This document shows positions 23,965-31,911 of a stretch of 32,000 bases of DNA, in pieces (within the stretch, counting starts at the first letter, position 1; every line of letters starts with the position of its first letter). The stretch covers positions 1,575,622-1,607,621 of the forward strand of contig CP113000.1 of NCBI GenBank assembly GCA_026625185.1, read 5' to 3'. The position numbers were made by a program, and so were the translations under genes. The stretch comes from Thermodesulfobacteriota bacterium. GTDB taxonomy: Bacteria; Desulfobacterota; WTBG01; JAGOGO01. The notes beneath the pieces are model-generated. The model had not been told where the DNA came from, ran no database searches, and worked only from the letters and a program-made list of their open reading frames with translations.

Positions 23965-26724
23965 ATGGAGACAAAACAATTATCCAAAATTAGTCCAAAG
24001 AGAGTAAGGAAAACCGCTTCAAAAGCTTTTATTACTAATTTTTTTTGGTTTGGCGGTGGGTCGCGCAGACTATGGGTAACGGTTATGCTGATGATTACCT
24101 TAATCATTTCGTCCCCCATTTGGGCAGCCAATGAGCAGGAAACAGATGTGTTTCGAAGCACACTCGATAACGGTCTTAAGGTTGTCATTGTTAGGAACCC
24201 CTTAGCGCCTGTTGTTACTACGGTAGTCAATTATTTGGTCGGCTCAGATGAAGCTCCAGAAGGCTTTCCGGGTATGGCACACGCACAAGAACACATGATG
24301 TTTAGAGGCTGCCCGGTACTTTCGGCCGATCAATTGGCGGACATTACCGCATTAATGGGTGGGAAGTTTGATGCCGACACTCAACAAACGGTTACCCAAT
24401 ATTTCTTTACCGTGCCGGCTGAGGATCTCGATGTGGCTTTACACATTGAGGCGATTCGGATGAGGGGTGTTTTAGACAGCGAGCGGTTATGGCAACAGGA
24501 GCGGGGGGCCATCGAACAGGAAGTTGCACGAGACTTATCAAATCCGGAATATGTTTTTTACACTAAACTGCTATCCGCCATGTTTCAAGGAACGCCGTAC
24601 GCCAATGACCCCCTCGGTACCAGACTTTCTTTTAACAAGACAACCGGGGCAATGCTTAAAAAGTTTTATGATACGTGGTATGTACCCAATAACGCGCTTC
24701 TTGTGATTGTTGGTGATATCGAACCCACAAAAGCCGCATCACAAGTTAAGAAATACTTTTCCGAAATTCCTGCTAAAAAACTACCCGAACGGCCCGCGCT
24801 TTCGCTGGAACCGGTGAAACCAGAGACTCTGCATCTAAAAACCGATCTACCTGTAGGTTTAGCAATTACTTCTTTTCGGTTGCCGGGTTATGACAGCCCG
24901 GATTATGCTGCGAGCCAGATTCTGGCCGACATAGTGAATAGTCAACGAAGTAATTTGTACGCACTGGTGCCACAAGGAAAGGCTCTTACAACGAGCTTTA
25001 GTTTGGATACTTTGCCAAAAGCAGGACTCGGGTAGGCGATAGCCGCTTTTCCCAAGGAAGCTGACCCTAAGGCTTTGATGCACGAGATGAAGCAAATCTT
25101 GACCGAAGATATAAAGAAAGGGTTTTCTTCTGATCTGGTAGAAGCGGCCAAACACCATGAGGTTGCGGAGGCGGAATTTCAAAAAAACTCGGTATCCGGC
25201 TTGGCCATGCTCTGGTCACAAGTCCTGGCAGTTGAAGGGAGACAATCCCCTGAAGAGGGTTTAAAAGCTATAGAGGATGTTACCGTAGCTGATGTCAACC
25301 GAGTGGCCAGAAAATATATGGACTTTGATCATGCCATTGTTGCCATTCTTACGCCCGAGGTTTCGGGCAAACCAATTTCCTCCCAAGGTTTTGGTGGAGT
25401 GGAGTCGTTTGCCCCACAGAGAACCAAAGCCGTCAAACTGCCGTATTGGGCCGAGAACGCTTTGAAGAGACTTTCCATACCTGCTTCCTCGTTAAATCCA
25501 CAAGAAACTACTCTGTCTAACGGAATTAAGCTTATTGTGCAACCGGTTTCGGTCAGCAACACCATAAGTGTATATGGTCATGTTAAAAACCAGCCGGATA
25601 TGGAAGTTGCGAAGGGACAGGAGGGAGTGCAACTGGTATTGGAGCAACTTTTTTCTTATGGCACTAAGTCACTGGATCGTCTGGCTTTTCAAAAATCCCT
25701 GGACGATATCGGCGCTAATGCATCTGCCGGCACCGATTTCTCCTTACAGGTACTTATCGACCAATTTGATCGTGGTACAGAGTTACTGGCGGACAACGTG
25801 CTTCATCCGGCACTTCCGGAATCGGCCTTTAAAACGGTACAAAAGCAGGTTGCCGATACCGTAGCCGGGCAGCTTCAGAGCCCTGATTACTTAGCTGGCC
25901 GGGCTTTGAAAACGGCGTTGTTTCCCAAACACGATCCGACGCTTCGTCAGGCTACACCGGTTTCCATCGCTGCACTCAACCTAAAGGATATTAAGGGTTA
26001 TTATGAGAAGGTCTTTCGACCGGATTTGACCACGATTGTGGTTATCGGCAAAGTTACGCCCGGGAAGGCCAAAGAGGTAATCGAAAAATACTTCGGTAAC
26101 TGGAAGTCTACCGGTTACAAGCCCGATACGCTCCTACCTGCTGTGCCGCTCAATAAACCTTCTACTATTTTAGTGCCTGATGCAAGTCGAGTACAGGACG
26201 AAGTGATCCTCGCCGAGACCATTGATCTGAACCGATCTAATCCGGACTATTATGCCTTGGCACTGGGTAACCACATTTTAGGCGGTGGTTTTTATGCGAC
26301 GCGGCTTTATCAAGATTTACGTGAAAAGACGGGGTTGGTATACTTTGTGTCATCGGATTTTGATGTGGGTAAGACCCGAGGCCTGTACATTGTAAAGTAC
26401 GGCTGCGATCCGCCGAACGTGTCCAAGGCGAGATCCATAATAAAACAAAATCTACAGGAAATGCAAAACTCTTTGGTGGGGCCCGGTCAACTGACACAGG
26501 CCAAGGCAATGTTACTTCGGCAAATTCCCCTATCTGAATCTGGCGTAAGCAATATCGCTAAGGGCTTTATTTCCAGGGTAGACCTCGATCTGCCTCTTGA
26601 CGAGCCAATTTTGGCTGCGCGTCGTTACGTGAAGCTTAATGCCGAACACGTAAAATCGGCTTTTGTCAAATACGTGCGCCCTGACGATTTGGTTCAAATT
26701 ACACAAGGTCCAAAACCGCAGTAA
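23965..26724 (+). pseudogene. M16 (pitrilysin/insulinase) family zinc peptidase, ~918 codons, interrupted by in-frame TAG
   Basis: ORFs 23965..25035 and 25075..26724 share one frame. Hand translation across TAG 25033-25035 gives ...LDTLPKAGLG*AIAAFPKEADPKALMHEMKQIL... with no other stop. The N-terminal part has a signal-like hydrophobic segment and the inverted zinc motif HAQEH (HxxEH) plus a downstream E-rich region. The C-terminal half repeats the non-catalytic M16 fold. No well-spaced RBS precedes 25075. Confidence 0.75.
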
Positions 26725-26785
26725 AAAATAAGGTAATTGATAAGGAAGCCAAGGCACATTTAAGAAAAGATTATATACGGTCACG

Positions 26786-27303
26786 ATGAATGTAATTAAC
26801 CTCTTAATAGGCGTTATTTTTCTGATTGCCGGTCAAAGATTATTTTGGCTGTTTATCGCCGGCCTTGGTTTTTTATTTGGTTTCGAATTCGCAGCGATTT
26901 TTCTTGCCGGTCAGGCGTATTGGAAGACGTTCCTTATTTCCGTCATCTGCGGATTGTTAGGCTTGGTCAGCGCTTTGTTTTTGCAGGAGCTGGCAATTGT
27001 TGTAACGGGTTTTATTGCCGGAGGATATATTTTCCTCGGCCTGGGGGAATTGTTTGGGTGGAGAATGAATGGTGGTGGTTACTTTTCGTTGCAAGCGGGG
27101 TTACGGTAAGTATCTTTTTGGCTATTTTTTTTAATCCGGTTTTGATAGGGCTAACTTCCTTTATCGGCGCTTTACTTATTATTCAGGTTCTTCCTTTTTC
27201 CCCGGCAATGAAAGCAGTGTCGTTCGTCATTCTGTTTGCCTTTGGTATTTTCGTGCAAGGCAACCATTATTTTATTCAAAACGCTAAAATTTCGCATTTT
27301 TAA
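26786..27303 (+). pseudogene. multi-TM membrane protein split by a frameshift
   Basis: ORF 26786..27109 is convincingly hydrophobic up to ...GLGELFGW. ORF 26845..27303, offset by -1, only looks membrane-like from ...WWWLLFVASGVTVSIFLAIFFNPVLIGLTSFIGALLIIQVL; its first ~70 aa are Arg/Cys-rich nonsense. The junction is at about 27050-27080 and is consistent with a 1-nt deletion. Confidence 0.6.
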
Positions 27304-27385
27304 ATGAGTTTTAAATTTCTAAAAAAAATATGAGCGAGTGCTAAAGAAAATTTTTTATTATGGTGTTTAGCCAAAGGAGGCAACA

Positions 27386-27895
27386 ATGGCACACATTGCG
27401 GTAATCATTGATAATATGTTCGAAGACTCGGAATATACCGAGCCGGCAAAAGCTTTTAAGGCGGCCGGGCACCAGCTTACTCATATAGGATTAAAGGAAA
27501 ACACAACTGTAAAGGGCAAAAATAAAGGAACCACGGTCAAAATCGAAAAAGCGGTGAGAGATGTTTTCGAAAAAGATTTCGACGCCCTCCTTATTCCCGG
27601 AGGCTATTCGCCGGATCATTTAAGAGCAGATGAAGCGACGGTAGAATTTGTTAAGAAATTTTTCGAGAGTAACAAACCAGTATTTGCTATCTGCCATGGA
27701 CCACAGCTCCTCATTACCGCAAAGGTTTTAAATGGGCGCACGGTCACCGGCTGGAAGTCAATCATTCAGGATATTAAAAATGCCGGCGCCAAATTTCTTG
27801 ACCAGGAAGTTGTGGAAGACGGCAATTTGATCTCCAGCCGACATCCGGGCGATTTACCCATGTTTATAAGCGCTTCACTGAAGCATCTCCAATAA
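27386..27895 (+). CDS. DJ-1/PfpI-family protein (class I glutamine-amidotransferase-like)
   Basis: 169 aa with an AAAGGAGG RBS. It has the nucleophile elbow VFAICHGPQLL and LLIPGGYSPD. Confidence 0.85.
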   Translation: MAHIAVIIDNMFEDSEYTEPAKAFKAAGHQLTHIGLKENTTVKGKNKGTTVKIEKAVRDVFEKDFDALLIPGGYSPDHLRADEATVEFVKKFFESNKPVFAICHGPQLLITAKVLNGRTVTGWKSIIQDIKNAGAKFLDQEVVEDGNLISSRHPGDLPMFISASLKHLQ

Positions 27896-28362
27896 ATAAA
27901 ATCTGCTAAGGCATTACGGGATAAACCATAAACAAATGGAGAAATGGAATCATGATCGCAAAATCGGGAGGAAATCCTCTATCTAAGTGTGGGTTGATCT
28001 GTTTGCTCGCGTTTTTATTACTCCGGAAAATAAATATATAAAAGCATAATCGTCAATCTCAGTAACAACGGTCATTGCACAGAATTTATTTACATGTTTA
28101 ATTGCCGGAGTAATACCATAAAGTTGGAGAAACGAGGTAGAAAATTACCCGAAAGTGGGATATATCTTTTGAAAAAAATTTGGTGATTTAACATTAAATA
28201 GGTGATATTGATATGCTAAAATTAAATATTAAGGCATTCGGACTTTCCTTGGGGATCGTGTGGCAAGCACACTATGATGTTTTGTACGTAACTCCATTAG
28301 AATGATTCGTTGAACAGACATATAAAAAAAACTTATTTTGACCATCGTTAAGGGGTAATCAG

Positions 28363-28995
28363 GTGGGGCTCTTATCGCTTTTATTTACTAATCCGGCGTT
28401 ATTCATCTTATTGGCGCTGATACTTCTTTATTCGGTGATTTTCCATGAGGTAGCGCATGGTTGGGTAGCGCGTTTTTTTGGCGATGATACGGCTTGGCGC
28501 TACGGTCGATTAACCCTTAATCCAGTTGCGCATCTTGATCCCATTGGCACGCTTATGCTTTTTATTGTAGGTTTTGGATGGGCAAAACCGGTGCCCGTTA
28601 ATTATCATCGTTTAAGCAATTCCCGGTTTGGTTTAATCGCTGTTTCTTTGGCTGGTTGTTTAACCAATATACTGATTGCAATCATTGCCATCTTGCTGTT
28701 GCAATTTCAAAGCCTTAGCACAAATCCGGCCTTTTCCACCCTTCTTTCCATCGTAGTAAAAATAAATATTATTCTGGGAGCTTTCAATTTGATACCCATC
28801 CCGCCTCTGGATGGCTCAAAAATCCTTATGGGTCTTCTCCCCGAGGAGGCACAACAGGGGCTTGCGAGGCTTGAACCTTACGGTTTTTTTATATTAGCTT
28901 TTTTACTTATTACCGGCCTTTTAAATCCGGTAATAAGTTTTATGCAGAATTTAATTTATGGTTTTATTGCTCTTTTATTGAGCTTTTTTAGATAA
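28363..28995 (+). CDS. M50/site-2-protease-family membrane metalloprotease
   Basis: 210 aa with a GTG start. It has HEVAHG (HExxH within a TM helix), [15 protein letters not shown] (NxxPxxxLDG) and several TM helices. Confidence 0.85.
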   Translation: MGLLSLLFTNPALFILLALILLYSVIFHEVAHGWVARFFGDDTAWRYGRLTLNPVAHLDPIGTLMLFIVGFGWAKPVPVNYHRLSNSRFGLIAVSLAGCLTNILIAIIAILLLQFQSLSTNPAFSTLLSIVVKINIILGAFNLIPIPPLDGSKILMGLLPEEAQQGLARLEPYGFFILAFLLITGLLNPVISFMQNLIYGFIALLLSFFR

Positions 28996-29061
28996 TGTAA
29001 GATTTATGATCGGATAATTATCACAGACTACTTTTAAAACCCATTAAAAAAAGGGGGGTAT

Positions 29062-29517
29062 ATGATTTCAAAGATTCTTATGCCGACTGACGGTTCACCA
29101 ACAGCAAAAAAGGCGGTTAAATATGCAGCCGGTCTGGCAAAACAGTTGGATGCCACCATCACCTTGCTGAGTGTGATCGAGATCGACCTTGGGGCTTTTT
29201 TTGCCCAGACAGTTTCTGCTGCTGATTCTCCCACCCATTTAATAGAACCGATGGAAAATTATTTGAAACAGACTGCCGAACTTTATCTTGCTGAGGCTGA
29301 AACGATACTCAAACAAAATGGTGTGCAATCAAAAAAAGTCATCAGGTCGGGACACCCGGTGGAAGTAATTATTAAAGAAGCAATTAAATCAAAAGTGGAT
29401 GTCATCGTTATGGGGTCTCATGGTAAAAGTGCTTTAAAGGCTGCGATGCTCGGTAGCGTAACCTTTGGAGTAATACATAAAGATACAAAAATCCCGGTGC
29501 TCGTCGTTAGAAAGTAA
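29062..29517 (+). CDS. universal stress protein (UspA family)
   Basis: 151 aa with a GGGGGG RBS-like run upstream. ILMPTDGS is at the N-terminus, and VIVMGSHGKSALKAAMLGSVT matches the G-x2-G-x9-G-[ST] ATP-binding motif. Confidence 0.85.
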   Translation: MISKILMPTDGSPTAKKAVKYAAGLAKQLDATITLLSVIEIDLGAFFAQTVSAADSPTHLIEPMENYLKQTAELYLAEAETILKQNGVQSKKVIRSGHPVEVIIKEAIKSKVDVIVMGSHGKSALKAAMLGSVTFGVIHKDTKIPVLVVRK

Positions 29518-29645
29518 CGCTGGGAGTTTAAAGGTGCCCCATTTTTATCGGGTATTGCCTAACGACTTATTGCATCGCCTTTGAATGAATTAACCTGCCC
29601 AAAACCGAAAAATATCATAAGTTATTATAGATTGAATATTATCTG

Positions 29646-29674
29646 TTGACAAATCGAAAATTGTCTTGTATTTT
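29646..29674 (+). promoter_or_regulatory. candidate sigma-70-type promoter (TTGACA-17 nt-TATTTT)
   Basis: A perfect -35 hexamer TTGACA lies at 29646-29651. A 17-nt spacer separates it from TATTTT at 29669-29674. It sits in an otherwise gene-free interval. Confidence 0.35.
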
Positions 29675-29741
29675 TTTGCAAAACTAAGCGATAAACTCAG
29701 AACTCACATTATAATCTAAAATCCAGCAAGTTTTGAATGAG

Positions 29742-29782
29742 AAGCCCAGCGGATTTTTTGTTAAGTCCGCCGGGCTTTTTTT
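29742..29782 (+). terminator. rho-independent terminator (plus-strand orientation)
   Basis: AAGCCCAGCGG-N14-CCGCCGGGCTT pairs at 10 of 11 positions and is followed by a run of seven T. No T-run follows on the opposite strand. Confidence 0.6.
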
Positions 29783-29821
29783 ATCGCTCGGCAGGAATAA
29801 AAACCCGTGCATAAGGAGTGA

Positions 29822-29944
29822 TACCAAGTTGCATTCAAAGGCAGATCGAGGCGGCGACGAGAAATCGAAGCAGGCGTAAATTTTAGTACGTCGAGGAGTA
29901 TGACGATTAGACAACAAAGATATGCGAATGAAGGCGACTTGTTA
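29822..29944 (+). repeat. copy A of a ~124-bp hairpin-closing repeat (MITE-like element or structured RNA)
   Basis: TACCAAGTTGC...GCGACTTGTTA. About 90% identical to 31761-31884 in the same orientation, and flanked by TGA on both sides (29819-29821, 29945-29947). Confidence 0.7.
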
Positions 29945-30063
29945 TGATGAACAAAAAAACAGCTAAACAAAAAAAACGATGCACGAAATGGAATGTACCT
30001 ATGGACCACAATGTCCATACTGATGTCAGTATAATTTTTTAATGTAAAAAGGAAACACGTAAA

Positions 30064-31257
30064 ATGAATTTCGAAGTATTTAAACTGCACTCAAAAATAA
30101 CGGCCGGAGTTAAGTCACTCGGCTACACCACGCCAACACCGATCCAGGCGCAATCAATACCGCCCATACTGGACGGCAGTGATGTCATTGGCCTCGCTCA
30201 AACCGGCACCGGAAAGACCGCAGCATTTGTGCTGCCGATCCTGCAGCGTCTGATGATAGAGAAGTCCCGGGGGATAGTTCGTGCCCTGATCATCGGGCCT
30301 ACCCGTGAACTGACCGAACAAACCCATCAGGCTGTCCGCCAGCTGGGGGGAAAAACAGGCATCCGCAGCGCAAGTATCTATGGCGGCGTGAGCATACAGC
30401 CTCAGATCACTACCTTGCGCAAGGGGGTTGAGATTGTTTCAGCCTGCCCTGGTCGTCTGCTGGATCATATCACGCGGGAGACAATCAATGTATCGCAGAT
30501 TGAGGTTCTGGTCCTGGATGAAGCCGATCGGATGTTCGACATGGGATTTCTGCCGGACATCAGAAAAATAGTGAAACATCTGCCCAAAAAACGTCAGACG
30601 CTGTTGTTTTCCGCGACGATGCCCACTGATATCAATGTCCTTGCGCGAGAGATCCTGCAGGATCCATTGAGCATTCAAGTAGGTCACAGCACGCCGCCAG
30701 CTACGGTCGCACACACCTTCTATCCCGTGGAAACGGAGCGTAAAACAACCCTGCTGAAGACCATCCTGGACACTACCGAAACTGGCCCGGTGCTGGTATT
30801 TACCCGCACCAAAAAGCGCGCCAAGCGTCTTACCGGGCAGCTTGAACAATCAGGATATAAGGCGACGGCACTGCATGGCGACCTGTCTCAGAACAAACGC
30901 CAAACCGCGATGGATGGTTTCCGCCACGGCCGGTATAAAATTTTGGTGGCAACCGATGTTGCGGCGCGCGGCATCGATGTGTGCGGGATTTCGCACGTGA
31001 TTAATTATGACATTCCTGAAACCCCAGACGCGTATACTCACCGTGTCGGCCGCACCGGCCGCGCCAGCAAAACCGGAGATGCATTTACCTTTGTAGCCAA
31101 CAGGGAGAGAAACCTTGCCCGCTCGATTACCCGGGGCCTGGGCGATAACCACAAATACTCTGCCCTGGAAGGGTTTGATAGCCCTCCCGCCGCAGTACTG
31201 GATGGGCGAAGGTCTTTTCGCAGCAGGCGGCATTGGGGGATGTATCGGAGCCGTTAG
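30064..31257 (+). CDS. DEAD-box ATP-dependent RNA helicase (RhlE-like)
   Basis: 397 aa with the Q motif GYTTPTPIQ, motif I AQTGTGKT, Ia PTRELT, II VLDEADRM, III SAT, V ARGIDV and VI HRVGRTGR. It has an Arg-rich C-terminal tail. Confidence 0.92.
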   Translation: MNFEVFKLHSKITAGVKSLGYTTPTPIQAQSIPPILDGSDVIGLAQTGTGKTAAFVLPILQRLMIEKSRGIVRALIIGPTRELTEQTHQAVRQLGGKTGIRSASIYGGVSIQPQITTLRKGVEIVSACPGRLLDHITRETINVSQIEVLVLDEADRMFDMGFLPDIRKIVKHLPKKRQTLLFSATMPTDINVLAREILQDPLSIQVGHSTPPATVAHTFYPVETERKTTLLKTILDTTETGPVLVFTRTKKRAKRLTGQLEQSGYKATALHGDLSQNKRQTAMDGFRHGRYKILVATDVAARGIDVCGISHVINYDIPETPDAYTHRVGRTGRASKTGDAFTFVANRERNLARSITRGLGDNHKYSALEGFDSPPAAVLDGRRSFRSRRHWGMYRSR

Positions 31258-31760
31258 AATACAATGAGGGGAGATAATCCTGTCTTCTCCGATCAAAAAA
31301 AATACAAAAACAGAAACATGATTAATATCGTGTTAACGAGGGACAGTCTATTATGATAAAACAAGCATTGTCCCTCTTATGTTGACAATTTACTTCTTAG
31401 CTCTCCGGGCTTCTTACAAAACCGACGGGACAATTGGAGCATCTATCGGATCGGGGAAAAAGGCTCATGTGCTTTACCCAGAAAAAAATTCATTAACAGT
31501 TCAATTTTACACGGCAAAACTAAAACATTATGCCAAAATAATAAACCTTCCTCATAACAAAACTTTTTTCTTCGTCCCCAGGCAGTCAGTTAACACCACA
31601 CTTTTGAAAAATTATTTAAATGAAGCTAACCAAGAAAAAGGGCACCCTTTTTCTTGATTATTTCCAAAGAGAATTTTATAATATTTTCGAAAAGATGCTT
31701 TTATAGCCCTTAAATAGACTCCATTTTTTAAAATTTACATGTGACATGCGAAGCCTGTAA

Positions 31761-31884
31761 TACCAAGTTGCATTCAAAAGCAAATCGAGGCGTCGACGAG
31801 GAATCGAGGCAGGCGTACTGTTTTAGTACGTCGAGAAGTATGACGAGGAGACAACAAAGATATGCAAATGAAGGCGACTTGGTA
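31761..31884 (+). repeat. copy B of the ~124-bp hairpin-closing repeat
   Basis: TACCAAGTTGC...GCGACTTGGTA. Flanked by TAA on both sides (31758-31760, 31885-31887). It ends 27 nt before the ilvD ATG, and a TTTACA-18 nt-TAATAC promoter-like motif lies immediately upstream (31733-31762). Confidence 0.7.
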
Positions 31885-31911
31885 TAAATCCCTAAAAAGG
31901 AGGAATAATAT

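Noticed and set aside
3607-25035. Genome-wide reassignment of TAA/TAG to sense codons, or pyrrolysine at the M16 TAG
   Set aside because: TAA and TAG terminate well-defined genes at the expected C-termini (uvrD-like, fixA, fixB, fixX, the sigma-54 activator). No pyl genes or suppressor tRNA are visible in this window. M16 peptidases are not known Pyl proteins. Only site-specific readthrough remains possible, and that is covered in the findings.
27040-27085. Programmed -1 ribosomal frameshift in the split membrane protein
   Set aside because: There is no X-XXY-YYZ slippery heptamer in the zero frame and no obvious downstream stimulatory hairpin or pseudoknot. A 1-nt deletion is the simpler explanation.
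29822-29944. The repeat interpreted as an integron attC site, an SRP/4.5S-like RNA or a known riboswitch
   Set aside because: The ends lack the RYYYAAC/GTTRRRY core sites of attC. Short resemblances to 4.5S RNA (AAGGCAGAU, GAAGCAG) occur in the wrong order, and two diverged copies 2 kb apart do not fit an essential single-copy RNA. No ykkC/ppGpp, T-box or other conserved core associated with branched-chain amino-acid genes was recognised.
29684-30090. Minus-strand ORFs (77 and 109 aa), plus 31728..31976 (82 aa), sharing the peptide KSPSFAYLCCL.VILLDVLK
   Set aside because: The shared peptide is just the translation of the ~124-bp nucleotide repeat. The differences between copies are not biased towards synonymous changes and include an indel. 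There is no RBS, and the ORFs extend into unrelated flanks.
30064-31257. Elevated GC of the helicase gene as evidence that the repeat-bracketed segment was horizontally acquired
   Set aside because: Spot counts gave about 52-67% GC in helicase lines. Lines from the M16, fix and uvrD-like genes reached 52-55%, and I cannot compute proper windows or codon statistics here. The difference is too uncertain to claim.
31379-31657. 92-aa plus-strand ORF between the helicase gene and repeat copy B
   Set aside because: It has a TTG start and no RBS. The sequence is low-complexity and Lys/Asn/Phe-rich, as expected from an AT-rich spacer, and no motif was recognised.
600-31911. Sigma-54 (-24 GG / -12 GC) promoters that the encoded activator might target
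   Set aside because: I scanned the intergenic regions by eye for TGGCAC-N5-TTGC-like spacing. The nearest candidates fail the -12 element or the spacing: 9767 TGGCGCaatatTCTA, 31632 GGCACccttttTCTT, and 15618 within a REP unit. No site is claimed.
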